Shown here: positions 1 to 13,157 of the stretch, one piece after another
How the letters are laid out: each line of letters opens with the position of its first letter
Numbering within the stretch: position 1 is the first letter of the stretch
Source: Lepidodermella squamata
Lineage: Eukaryota > Animalia > Gastrotricha
DNA length: 64,000 bases
Direction of reading: 5' to 3'
NCBI GenBank assembly: GCA_047495785.1
Contig: JBLDXI010000001.1
Coordinates: 620,001 to 684,000, forward strand
Made by a program: the position numbers and the translations under genes
Notes under the pieces: model-generated
What the model was told of the DNA's origin: nothing
Databases searched by the model: none
Seen by the model: only the letters and a program-made list of their open reading frames with translations

Positions 1-974
1 CGAGGCCAAGTTTCATGGAGAGCCATCTTATTCAAGTGATTACCGAGAGTGGAAAATCCCAGAACGCCCCAAAAGATTTCAGCAAATTAAATACAACCCT
101 CCATCAGTTCCGTTCGAGGGCAGTGCTACATACAGCACCGACTTTATTCCAAGGCCTATTCAAAAAGTTGAACCATGTAAGCCTATCAATAATGGCGTCC
201 GAATGGGAGATCAGCCATTCAGCGGCTCAACTGATTACAAGGACACTTTTATTGAGCATCAGATAACACCGAGGTAGGTGCATTCCTACCGTTTGCAATT
301 GGATCTAATTTTGCAAAATAGATATGTCCACCCTCCTGAAGTTTATAACTTGCCAAAAGTACCCGTGGAAAGCATATCTACCTCGATGTCTGATTTTCAG
401 CCTCTCCCGCTGGTAAAAACTGAGGCCATTGTTCCCAAGTCGGAGCTGAGGAATGCCGATGCGAAGTTGGACGATTCAACGACTACCAAGGTATAATTTC
501 CTGTTTCCGGTACTAATCAGAAGTACATATCATCATTTTATGTTACAGTCTGATTACGTCGAATGGCCCGTGGAAAGATTTCGACCTAGATGGCAACGCC
601 CCCAATGGCAGAAATCAGCGGAAAAAGTGGACTATTTTACAACTTCGGCAGAAGATTTCAAACCATACGAGATAAAGCCTATCAAGCGCATCCGCCCTCC
701 ATCGAGGCAACGGAAACTTGACGCGAAGTTCTCATCTGAAACACAATATGCTCAAGATTATCTGAGGTGGGGAGAAGTGGAGCGAACAAAGCCTATTATT
801 CGAGAATCATATCAAGCTTCAGCTGATCCATTCTCCGGGAATAGCACTTACTCAACAACATTTATTGCACATCAATGCGACAAACCAGAGATAATCAAAA
901 AAGATAACAGAAGCAAGGTTTTTCCTTCTATTCCGAACCGGGCGGCCAATAAGCGAACAGTGGCTGCTGCTTGA
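1..974 (+). CDS. SAXO/FAM154 (STOP/Mn-repeat axonemal microtubule stabiliser) paralog A, 5'-partial
   Basis: Frame 2 from base 2 reads EAKFHGEPSYSSDYREWKIPERP...PFEGSATYSTDF...PFSGSTDYKDTFIEH, aligning with the paralog at 3906-5493. Introns at about 274-321 and 491-548. The last exon carries LDAKFSSETQYAQDY and PFSGNSTYSTTF repeats and ends at TGA 972-974; an alternative 3' splice cannot be excluded. Confidence 0.85.
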
Positions 975-2531
975 TGAAGCTCAATGTAACCTGGCGTTGA
1001 CTGTTTGATGCAACACGTAGTAATTCCTTTAGATGAGAAAACGTCGTATTTTTCTTGAATCATCAATATATTGCTCGTTTGATCGGTTCTGTTACCTGTG
1101 AAGCTATGCCAATCTATGCATCATTATTTTGGATATTCGGCGTATACTCATTTCTATCAAGCTATTACATCAACCTGTACTTTTTTGAATGCGTAAGAAC
1201 ATGAAAATGTGAATGCATTCGAAATCGAGGCCAACCTAGAGGTGCATCGTAAAGCATTTCAGTCTTTTTGTTATATGTATATATTTCTCTATCCCGGACC
1301 ATTGCAATCCCGGAACCAAAATACCGCCCATCCGCAATTTTCCCAAGTCAAAGCTTACTATATGATTACCGGTAACCGAGAGGCTTTTTCTTTTCTATAT
1401 AATGTCTTTCGCCGAAACATTCCTTACAACATATGAGCCTTAAAAACAGCTATCCTGTAGCGTATTGACTTTTTGCAGCATTGCAGCCTTGAAACAGCTT
1501 ATTTCTTGCACTATTATGATCGGCACTCGCATGAAATTATTGAATTTTTGATTAATTAGATCAAATTAAGAATTTTACTTCGCATTCTTTAATTTCTTGA
1601 AATTATTTATATATCATTTTCTTATTATTTTGTATTTTGTTGTCACTTATTTTCTGAAGTACAAAATCATTTTAGTTTGTAACTTTACCCCGTAATACAA
1701 ATACAATCATATCGGATCCTTCTGTGAAATCTGAATAATAAAAATTGAGCTTCAATTAGTCAATCATTTTATTATTCCTTATTCAAATCGAAAATGTGGT
1801 ATTGCGTTTTATGCGATCTATGTATATAGTTAACCAATTCGAACAAGCGGACGCCAGGCACCCCAGACCGAGAATTTCATCATTGTCATTCTGATATGAA
1901 GAGCGCAAAATTTGTAATATACTCACTGTAATCATATTCAAGAAAACATAAGCAATATTTGTTGTTTTTTCGGTAATTTGTTTGCATTCAATTCGTTTTC
2001 ATTAAGCATTTCAGTTTTTCCTTGAAAAATGCACAGGAAGACTAGGGAGAGTTCAGCAGGAATGCTGTTTCACCTGACAACCACCCGAAATGCAAAGGAT
2101 ACGCGGAATGCCGCCGCCGAACTTGATGACTCATCTGATTTTACAATAATGCCGATTTTCGAGGCAGATAAAAGAAATGCTCGGGCTAAACTAACTTTTA
2201 GGAGATGGCGAGTGATGTGACCTAGCGAGGTATTACACCTAATCAAATAGTGCCTACGTAACAGATTCTTAACGGGTCACAAAATCCTCCAAGGCTAACG
2301 ATGCAATCGAGTTTACATCACACACGCTTGTCTATTAAGGTGTATGGTTCATTTTGGCACACACCTGTTCAACTCCAGAGTCGTCAAAATCCCCCCCTCC
2401 GCCCCCCCCCTTAATTTTCACCATTAACTGTAACTGTATCTCAAATCCAAAAATAAAGCAATGGGTTCATGTCTAGGTATCCTAGACATTCAGGTTAGCC
2501 TTTTCTTCGTCTTTCGAACGGTACTTCGCTC

Positions 2532-3128
2532 CTTGTGAGTAATATGAGACGCAACCCAAGAAAACGTACCAAATTGAAATCAGCGTTTTTTTTTAAAGCA
2601 ACAGCTGCTGCGTGTTTATTATTGCATAAAGCCCCATTTTTGTTTGATGCGAGAGAAAATTTGGTACGTTTTCTTGGGTTGCGTCTCATATAGAGGAGAT
2701 GAAGCTTGCGCGCACGCACACGCAATTGTATAGGGCTATTGTGCGACCAGCGCGCTGTATGATTTACTGATCTAAAAAGTGGGGTTTGGTTTTCTTGAGG
2801 TAACTTTTTTATTATAAGGAATTTCGGAGAAATTTTTGCAGATTGGGACAATTCGACTCAAAATACGGTCGCTAGGGCGTCTGAAAAAGGGTCATTTTCG
2901 CTAGATTTTGTGATTTTTCGACGTTTGAGCTCGAGCGCTCAAATTTGACAAGAGATAATTCTAAAATTGAAAACGTGAGCGACTGTATTTTGAGTCGAGC
3001 TTTCCGAATCTGCAAAAAAATTTCCGAAATTCCTTATAATAAAAAAGTTACCTCAAGAAAACGCGCGCGGTCGCACAGCTCGAGCTGTGTGCGCGCGCAA
3101 GCTTCATCTCCTCTATATTACTCACAAG
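2532..3128. mobile_element. Non-autonomous foldback/MITE-like DNA transposon with long imperfect TIRs and 8-bp TSD
   Basis: Termini CTTGTGAG...CTCACAAG. Arms at about 2790-2873 and 2978-3061 are near-perfect reverse complements. The identical 8-mer CTTCGCTC lies at 2524-2531 and 3129-3136. Confidence 0.85.
2546..2687. mobile_element. Small MITE nested in the left TIR of the larger element
   Basis: Perfect 30-bp TIR GAGACGCAACCCAAGAAAACGTACCAAATT and its reverse complement at 2658-2687. ATAT flanks both sides. Removing the element plus one ATAT restores the match to the outer right TIR. Confidence 0.9.
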
Positions 3129-3640
3129 CTTCGCTCAAGAGTTCTCCGTCTTAAAACCTCCAAGATAACTGTGCGAAAGTCGCCCCTATTTAGGGTGCCA
3201 ATTTGACAACGACTCCCGACTGGAAAAGTTTGACAATATGAGTAGAACATAAAATGTTACGAGTTACGACGATATATTCGAACTCATTCCACCATGCTGA
3301 TCTCCCTAGTATCTTATGGCAAATCCTGAAACTACAGCCGAGGTGGCCGGATAACACGCCTTTCATGGAATTACAGCTAGCGTTGAAGTTAGTGTCTAAA
3401 AGGAAACGCAGAACAACAATCTTGAAATGAAAATGAAATTGAAATTGTTTATTGTTTACTGTTCACTTTACACATAACACTATTCCTTCGATCTTTCGAT
3501 CTCCAACTTAGACCATGTAAACGCGGTAACCCAATAGCTCATCCCGGTATTTTTTTCCTTTTTTTGTTCTTCAGTAGGACCGATGCCGCAACCTCAACGC
3601 TCGACCGAGACGAAGCCGGCAACACGATAGCTTGAAAGCC

Positions 3641-3654
3641 GTCGCCGTGGAGAT
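3641..3654. promoter_or_regulatory. Candidate RFX X-box upstream of the ciliary SAXO gene
   Basis: GTCGCCGTGGAGAT resembles the X-box palindrome (GTTGCCATGGCAAC type) and lies about 250 bp upstream of the ATG at 3906. The match is imperfect. Confidence 0.3.
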
Positions 3655-3905
3655 GTTGCTCGCGCGTAATTTCATAATTTCATTGCCACATATATTTTGA
3701 TTAAATTTAAAATAATGTTTTTAAATTAATAATATTGTATATTCCATCATTTGGTTTTTTGATTCCTTGGAAACGTAGTTTGTTGTTGTCAACCTTGTCC
3801 ATCGTCTATAACTAAGGCTTTTCTTCGCTTCTATCTCGCCATTTGAGCGTCTATACCGCAATTTCCGCATTAAACCTTCGATTTGTTTAACCGCATCAGT
3901 CTGAA

Positions 3906-5493
3906 ATGGTTAGAAAGTGTATCTGTCAAATTTGCACTTGTGGGTAAGTGACATTGCCGGCGATTAACCCTGAATTTTATTTTGTTGTTACTCAGGCGGC
4001 ATAAGTGCCCCCACCACCCGAACACTATCCCCGCTGAAGGGCATGGTCCATGTCTGCTCACGGAATACCGGACTTCTTACGTGGATCAGCCTTTTGCTGC
4101 TCGAGAGCCCTTCAAGCCCAGACAGGACATTCACATGAACACTGGTCCAATCTCAGATCTCACGACTCACAAAGCTGATTACATCCCTCATCCCTTTGAG
4201 CGCCCATCTCGCCACCAGGCGGCCGAATGGGCGCCACCACCTGGCAACATTGACTTCACGTCAAGCTACAAAACAGTAATTTGCATCATGTTTTTATTAC
4301 GTGTCGTTAACTCAGCTATGTAACTGTAGGAATATACACCAAAACCGGGAGAACGCGTTCACATGATTCGTCCTGAGATGGGACAGCGAAAACTGGACGC
4401 AAAGTTTATTGGAGAGCCGAGCTACAAGAGCGACTACAGAGCTTGGCAACTACCTGATCGGACCAAGCCTGTTCATACACAGGAATACCAGCCTTCTTCC
4501 GCTCCATTCGAAGGTCAGGCTACATACACTCACGATTATACCGCACATCCAATGGAGATGAGGAAGCCGTTCAAGCCATCGAACAATTCAAAGACATCCG
4601 ATGCCCCATTCGATGATTCTACTGACTACAAATCGAGTTATGTCAAGCACGCTATTCCGCCAAGGTTTGCAATTGATTGATAGCGTTCTCCGACGACCAA
4701 GTATACATTTTTCCTTTTGTCTTGTAGAGAGATTCATGCCAAGGATGAATATGCACCTCCATCTGTCCCCTTCGATGGTTTGACCAGCCATCAGCGAGAT
4801 TTTCAACCTCTTCCTATTACAAAGGTTGAAAGCATGAAGCCGAGGCAAGGTGCATTCACTTCCAATGTTCCGCTTGATGATGCTACCACTAACAAGGTCG
4901 ATTACGTTGCGTGGCCTATTGAGAAGCAAGCACCGAAAGCTCGTGCAGAATGGCAAAAGCCACCAGGCGAGATGGATGGAACAACTACTCACAAAACCGA
5001 CTATAAACCTTACGCGGTTCAGCCAGTATCTCACACGCGACCACCATCACGAACCCGCAAACTGGACGCCCCGTTTCAAGGAGACACAAACTACCGCAAA
5101 GATTACCAAGGATGGCAACTGGGAGAGAGGCCAAAGCCCATCATTAGAGAGGAATATCACGGGCCCTCAGCTCCTTTCCAAGGTGCCAGTAATTACACCA
5201 CCAGCTATATTCAGCACCCTCTTCAGCAACAACAACGCGGTGGTCCGAATAGAGAAGCCTTCCGATCTGATGCTCCATTTGATGATCGCACCAATTACAA
5301 AATGGAGTACACGCCTAAAGAGATTGAAATTTGCCCTGCTCAGGTTATCGACCGTAGTGGGCAATACCGCTTCGTTGCAGAAGACAACGCGGGCCACAGA
5401 TTCTACAAACCGACAAGTGAACCAGAAACGCCGCCGAACAACAACGGCTCTGTGCAACATCGCGTTTCCTCAGTTCCTGTTGGCCGAAAATAA
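3906..5493 (+). CDS. SAXO: SAXO/FAM154 paralog B, complete; exons 3906-3943, 3996-4275, 4330-4664, 4728-5493
   Basis: Spliced N-terminus MVRKCICQICTCGRHKCPH is the characteristic SAXO Cys-rich start. Many PF-x-G-x-T-x-Y-x-x-D-Y repeats follow. All introns are GT-AG with consistent phases. Confidence 0.9.
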
Positions 5494-6676
5494 ATAACAA
5501 AACTGTCTTCTAATGAAAATCGAAATTAATATCTGTTTGATAATTCAACGTCATAATTTTTCATTGCTAATTTGGTTAAGCAAACCTTCGTATGATCTTA
5601 TTTTACCAAAATACTAATCTTTAAATTTACTTAATCTCTTGTCTGTGGGAAGTTTAGAAATTAAAAGCATGAGACATTTTTGACGGTTTATTTTTCATAA
5701 GAAACACATAACACAACTGGTTTGCCGAGTGCTGTCCATCTTCTATCCGGACTCATTATCTACTGTTTTTTAGACAGAGCTTATCGCATATTATGACCAG
5801 CGTTGCATGCTTCATCGACAGACATCAAACAAGCTATTTTTATTTTTCAAATCTGAGAAATTCATCGAACACCTTGATGTTTCATTAATGTGCTATTTCT
5901 CTATTAATTCTATAACGTGAATCTTATTGCGAGATGCAACTTTGTCTGAACGTTGCAGTAAACTTATTTTGATTTGATGATAATATATTATATTTAGGAC
6001 TGATTGTAAAACCACAAATAAAAATCATTTATCACTGTAACTGCACCAGTTCTTTTGTTGTTGTGAAGTCCCGAGTCCTAGAATGAATGAGCACTTGCCA
6101 ACAACAACCGGGCTCAATCTACAAGTCCTCAGTGAGTAATTCATCGGCGTTACCAACGTGACATCAATGCGATGTGGTGAAAACAAGATACCGATCGATA
6201 AAACAAGCCTACAAAATCATCAGATCAATAGGCGTCGTTTCGTTGCCAGGTATTTCGCGCCTGTCGCTCACAACCTTACACAGGGGGTATGATCAATGTT
6301 TTTATGACTAACTAAGAAAATAACTCATGTGGTTTCCAGCGCAAAACTGCGATAGAGTAATTATGTGAGTTTTATTATCTTCTCTCTTCCAGAAGCAGTG
6401 TAAAATTAAAAAAGTAGAGACAGCCCGATGCTATAACAATCGATTTTCTAACGCAATTTTCCAGCTTCGTCAGTTCTACGAACATGTAAAGAGAAACAAA
6501 AAGTAGGCAGTGGGTTTTGACGATAAGCTTATCAATAATTGAACGTAATATATTTCATTTTTTTCGTACAAGGAAATTTTATCGCGCATGGCTGCCGTTT
6601 CCTTTAACGGTTTCGCGCACCGGATTTGTATGAAATCTATGAAATCCAAACACTAGACCCGTCTCGATGAAAAAAC

Positions 6677-9611
6677 CTATCGACGCCGTTTCTTAGAACA
6701 TTCAGGAGCGAGGCAAAACGTATAGTCGAGAGGTCTTTCTATCGTGGCGCAATAGCTTTCGTCCAGGTAGAGCATGTCAAACTCCGAAGGCCGATTCAAA
6801 GGCTGACAGCGAACCGATAGATCAAGTATGGCTATGTCGAAATTGCTTAGACACCGTTGCGTATCACACTGAAAAATGAGATTAAAAGCAAACATGAATG
6901 CAATTTTACGTAAAAGAGTCATTACTGTTCCAGTTTTTTGAATAGTCCAACTAGGAGAAAGTGTTGATCGACATTTATCTGTAAATGGAGCCTGCAATAA
7001 CGCTGGCTCTTTTGCTCGAGAAGCACTATTGGTTCTGATTTGTTTCGAGTGAATTTCTTCCAGTTCCAAGCATATATTTCTGTGGAGAAAACTGATTGCT
7101 GACGGCTGTGAGATCGCCGATTCCTCCGAATCGCTACTACGACGAATCGCGCACCCAACAACGCAGGATTTTGAGTCGAATTCGACACAATTATCACGAT
7201 TTTCACTATGACATTTGTCCGAAACATACAGCGATGCTTCTAGTTTCTTATTCCAGGCTGCTGTTGTCAAGAAATTGAACTTATGTTTGATTGTTTCGTT
7301 AGCCTGGTCGAAAATAACACTGTCGACCCTTTGCCATTTGAATGTTGTGGTAGTTTCGAGTCCGAAATGGCTTCGCATAGTCTCCACGTTAGGCATGACA
7401 ACTATTTGACTGGTAAACTCCGATATCGTCTGATCGGGTTGCCTGATCAAGCATGAATAGTTACCAGCTGAATCTAGAGAAATCGGTTTAGCGTGATACA
7501 ACGAGCTGGTCAGTACAGATGGGCGGGCCGACACCCAATTCTGTGTTACTGGTTGGCCGTCTTTCAGCCATTCGATTGAAGAATTTACGGAGGCGGGGCA
7601 AATCAGCGTAATCGATGAATGAGAAGACGGAAGCGCGTATATGTGACCGCCAACAAAATGAGTTATTTCAACAGCCTCAGCCCTGAATTGCAAATAAAAT
7701 AGAATGCACAAAAATAAACAGTGATAGCGACGTCCTTACAGGTAAACATGCGTGGACGGGTCAAACAGAGTTTCCAATTCGGCGCATTTCGCTAAGGTGA
7801 GGCAGCGTCGAGCAGAGACTGGCCGGTGATTTGGTGTTGATAGCTCTTGTTGGTGATCCTCACAGACTGCATCTTGGACGTATTCATAATAACCAGCTCG
7901 TATCGGGAGAATGCAAGACACGTTACGTAATTGCCAGCCGACACCACAGACCTCGCTACACTGTTTTCGATTTTAAATTCAAAAACTGTAACTCTTTAAT
8001 TATTGAGACACTACCTCAGACCAAGGTCCTGTCTTCCAGATAGGATTACACGGTCCTGCATTGCAAGAAATCGCTGAAGGTGGACGATCGAATGGTTGGC
8101 ACATGAACTCGGGCAGTTCTTCGTCTAGGCTTATTTCGGGCTGACGGCGAATGCAGCGCGATGATTGGAACTTTATGCCGGTGCCACAGGTGACCGAACA
8201 ATCGCTAGTATTCGTTATTTGCCACTCGGGCAAACAAGAATCCGTGCCGCACAATTCGTACTTTTCGATTGGTCGACTTCTGTTGGCACAGTGGTAGTCA
8301 TCCACAGGCTTTTGGGTAGTTTCTGTTATGCCAAAACACAGTACCAAGTTCTTACGGTAACCACCTCCACAAGTTTGACTACACGTGGAAAAGCCTGGAG
8401 AAAGTATATTAAGATATGGGCATGAAAATATGGCGGGGTTTATCGACTAACCTGTTTCGACCCATTCAAAGGCCTGGAACTGTTCATCCGGCTCATCTGG
8501 CTCGTCTTTGAAGTTCCCACACGACACAAAATAAGTTTTACAGGGCTCTTGCTCGTGGGGTTTGACCTGTCCAGCGCATTCTTCCTCTGGAATGTCAGCA
8601 TACAAGCGAAGCTCGGGAAAATAACGCCGGCATTGGACAACCCTGTACCGAATACCCGGCTTTGTGCCACACGTTCGGCTGCATTGACTCCATTCGCCAG
8701 TTTGGTATTTAGGTTTCAAATCACGTGGCTGGACGCGCACGATCAACTCTGGCCGTTGTTGCGCGTAATTACCACCTTGTCGTGCTTCCATAGAAATCTT
8801 GCTCGAGCGAACGCATGTATCATCTGGGAAGCTGTTGCAAGGTCTTTGAGACTGCGGTCGTAGTAGCGGATCACATGGCTGCCGTTTTGGCAGCTTTCGG
8901 AGGCAGCGAATTTGACGTGTTTGAATACCGCTACTACACGAAGCCGAGCACTTGGACCACGGTGAAACTCGCCAGTGGGAACAGCGCTGCGTTGGGCATA
9001 TTTTCTCGTCTGGCGGTTTCGCTTGACCGGTTCGGGCACACACGTGATCGGCAACCTCTTCGAAGGCTGGTCCGGCGGGCGGGAGTGCTGTTCCGTAGCG
9101 AACACACGTGACTCGACGTTGCACAACGCCGAGGCCACAGTTTGCCGAGCAGTTTTCCCATAAACCTACCTCCCAGCGAGGCTCGCAGTCTGCAAGTTTA
9201 CAACTTCGCTTTATTGTCAGCGGCTTGCGATTAGGGTCACATTTACTATCAGGTACCTATGGAAAAAACTTAGGGAGTGATGGAAAAAACTACAATTATC
9301 TCTTATACAAATTTTCCGGTCGTGGGCGAATAGCATCGATAGTTGACTCCAATGACACCAATGCCACAGGTAACCGAGCATGAGGTTGCCTGTTCGCGCC
9401 ATGTGAAACGATGAACAACTGATGTGGAAATGTTCCGACGATGTAGCCGGATGTACTGCGATGAGGGTATTGGCAAGGCAATTGGCTGGTGGTTGTCGTT
9501 ATTGGTGCTTGAGCTGATGAGTCGCTGGCGTTGTCGGTGCCCGATGGCATGTGAGGCGAAGCAACATAAGACGCCGAGATATACAACAAGCAGCGTTTTA
9601 ATTTCGGCCAT
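6677..9611 (-). CDS. Secreted ADAMTS-like protein (ADAMTSL1/3, MADD-4/Punctin-like): signal peptide, multiple TSP1 repeats, Ig domain
   Basis: Signal peptide MAEIKTLLVVYLGVLCCFASHAIG. TSP1 motifs CSVTCGIG, WENCSANCGLG, WSKCSASCSSG, WSQCSRTCG, CSVTCGTG. Ig domain (ITLICP...IEWLKDGQP...SAGNYSC). No metalloprotease domain. Exon 1 is 9309-9611 and exon 2 starts at 9256; later boundaries are approximate. Confidence 0.8.
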
Positions 9612-12600
9612 TTTCGCCAGCAGTTTCCACAGCTCGAACCAGTAACATATTAATTCATAGCAAATACGCGAAGATAAGTCATATTATAAATTATCTACAG
9701 GTGAAAAATGATGTGATAGGTATGGTTAGGTGCTATAATTTCGACATTGGCCAGACAAATAAGTCCATTGCTGCAATGCAGACTAACCTAATTTGCAAGC
9801 GCCAAGGAATAAACTGTGTCCACCCCAATTGCTGAGTGTGGCTTTACGCTGGAGGTGTAAATTAGCCTGTTTAACCAACGTTATCGCACTTTCTCATGTT
9901 GCCGCTTGTTATCTTTCGCCCGGTGTCCTCAGATGTATAATCATCTGACGAAAAAACCTAACAAGACTCTCTTAGGAAGAAAATGACTTCTGAAAGTTAA
10001 AAAAATGCTAAAGAAGAAATCGAAAAGAATCCTCGAAATTAAAAGCTGAAACAACTGATGGATAGAAGAAAGTAATGTATACAGACGTGTTGGCTACGTC
10101 GGTGCAAGAAACCTGAGTTCGCCAAGTGTCAAACTATTGTAAAAAGAAATATTTGCCAATCACGACGATGTTATAATATGATAAACATAGCCGTATACGT
10201 TTCTTCGCAATTTATCTGATTTCATCATTTGTGATTCGCTTTTTCGTTTGCCGGCAATGCAAATTGCACGCAGCTTAGAGATACTCGGAAAGTACCTGCA
10301 TCTTATGGCAAAATTTCGTGCCATAGAAGTTTAACATAGGGGAAGGAAACTATGGGCCATTCGCTCTTTTCAGAAATGAGCTGCCAACTGGCCAAGATAA
10401 GGGTCTTAATTATTTTTTTAATATAGTGGAAATTATGTCGTATTTACAGGTGGTAGCACTCATGCGTTGATTGCTAAACGGGAGAAATAAGCGATTATAG
10501 TTATCGCAAAAAAGAGCTAATATCTAATATACTCAGAAGGTTACTCTAATACGGATGTTCCAGCTAAATCACGGCGCAGAGGGGCCATTAGGCGATCATT
10601 ACAAGTTCAACAGATAAGTATTGCTTATAATGTGGCTGAACCTATATTTTGGTAATAATAGCCCACGGAAGGGAATACGAGCAACTTACTACAAGATAAC
10701 CTCATGTTTTGTTGCATTCAATAAGAAACACAGCTTTTCAGGTAAATAATTAAGGTTCAAGTTGGGACGTTGGGAAAGAACTCAGGTATTATTAACGAAA
10801 GTAGGTCGGAATAGAGGTCGTGTGAAAAGTCAGTTAACCGTAAAAAAATAACCTGGAGCTAATAAAACGTGCTGCAAAAAACCAGACATATTCGAGATCG
10901 CGATATTCGGCTAATTTGAGCACTCATATAAGTAATGGTTCTTTTAGATATCACGGCGAAAAGATTGGCTTATCCACACCACGTGCTTGCAGTGGGACGC
11001 GTGTGTTTCGCCGCACGCCTCGCCGCATCAAGAGAGTGGGTACCATACGACAAGACAGCAGCGCGTCGTTTGCGATCGCATCACTCGCCGAGCAACGCAG
11101 TGCGGAAGCTTTATTCACGTGTCGTGCAGCCGCCGAACAAGCACCAGCGCTCTTCTTCGCCATGTTTCATAAGCGAACATGACTGTGTACCAATTATGCG
11201 GGCAATATATTACCACGCCTCAAGTGGATGAAAGGTTTGCGAGCCATCATCATCGAAGAAGCTGCTTTAATGCGCAAATACTTGATAACTCGGGGACAAG
11301 TTATTTACGGCAAAACAGTAGACCAATGACGATAATTACACTACAGCTAATTTAAGGATTTCATCCCATGTTATCAATTGAAATGACCGGTAAAACGATA
11401 TGCAAAAGGAATGCGCAAGAAAATGGAAACACTCATACCATAAAACAGAGCTAGTCTATGCTATAAAAGGCAACGAGTTTTTTCGCAATTCATTGTGCAA
11501 TCAGTGCTCGCTTACCATCCTCCACGCTTGGATGAAATGCGTGTTTTTTTTACGTGTTTTATATAACAAAACTATTTCCAAACCAACACAAGTATGCATC
11601 TTGTATCTGAGAAACGTCGTGCATGGCTTGTCAAAACACCAAGATCAAGTGGTGATTGTGGCTACTGACTTGGCTATGCGATTTATGGACTATTATCTGG
11701 GGAAAAGTTATTATTTGAACAAGATATTGTTCTGCAATCGGGAACAAACGTTACCGCTGAGACAAAGCTGGTATATAATGGTATTTTTAAGCAGGTAATA
11801 ATGTAATAGCAGAGGGGACGAGCAAATGACATAACATCAATGTTACCTGTCTAGTCAAGTGGCCAGCGAAAACTCTCCACTTAGGCTTGCGGCAGCCTTG
11901 CGTGCCGCTCCCCCGACTCATCTCGCGGCCGGTAATTATTCGTCTCTTCGCTTTATTTACCGTCATTATGCCAAGGATCAGTAAATGAGGCCCGAGAAAT
12001 GGCTACTTCTTTGGGATATAATGAAATGATACTTTCAAGCCGAACCCTCCTAAATAACGCCGCGTCTATCATCCAGCGCACCAAAGCGTATCATTCCTAT
12101 TAGGATAAAGGTCTTGGTGCGAGTCCTAAAAGCTAGAAGCAAACGAGCGAAACGTAAAAAAGGGATCGCTGCACCTGTGAAATAGGCAGTTACAGAAACC
12201 TAGTCTTTGTAGTAATTAATTTAGATACTTCCATATTTTGAAACGTAAAAACGGCATGAATAAAGATTAACTGTCGCGTAAACATCACCGAAAACCGCTA
12301 ACAAACCCGCGAGATGTGCGATATATAATCATCACCGGCATCATTATAATGCAGTGGATCGCACAAGGTGCCGGTATAAGTAACGCGACGAATTAATAAT
12401 TAGGTCTCAAGTTATAATCCGACGTTGGAACATGCGAATTATTCTTACAAAACAAGCGGCCTCGCGAAGAGATGCAGCTTTGTTGTCACCGATGTGTTGC
12501 TGCCTGTTAAGAAACAAAACCGCTAGCAACTATAGGAAATAAAAACAATTACGCGTTACTATCACAAATAGCTTTATCGCGATTCCGGTCTATAACCCTT

Positions 12601-13157
12601 CAAACTGCTCTTTTCATTGCTTATTCGTCAACCTGATCCTTCTCAGCGACACAAAGTAACACAATTTCCATCAAAATTGATCCTGCAGGCCAAATTATTT
12701 AGGTTACAGTGTATAGTCGTTTGATGATTCCTTCAAATTGAGTTATTTTTACTCGGGTTTACAGACGAATCGTGCTGGAAGCTGGAGGCAAACAAAGATT
12801 TTGATCATATACTTGACGCTCAAAGAGCGCATCGATTTGATGCATTTTACCGAAATCAATTGGTGGTTAGCAACACGCTCGCGCTTTTTTAGCGCGAAGC
12901 GCTTATTTACTCAGGTCGCACTATAAGACAATAGAAAGGTGTCTCGAGGCGGCCTCTAAGCGAGAGGGAAATTCAAGAAAAAACTTGCGTTTGAATGATT
13001 AATAATTCATTGAGCATCTCACACAAAGAAATGATGCAAACTGCTGACGGAGGCATTTTTGTCAAGCACTATATTCTATCCTGCTCGAAGAGAACAGCAA
13101 CAATAAAGAAGTCGGTATTATCGACACACATTTTTTCTCGAATTTGAACCGTCATTT

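Noticed and set aside
4850-5497. 215-aa alternate-frame ORF overlapping the SAXO last exon
   Set aside because: It has no recognisable motifs and is explained as a shadow of the repetitive coding frame.
10916-11231. Several overlapping short ORFs in a GC-rich patch
   Set aside because: There are no domain features or convincing splice pattern; it is more likely promoter or 5' UTR sequence.
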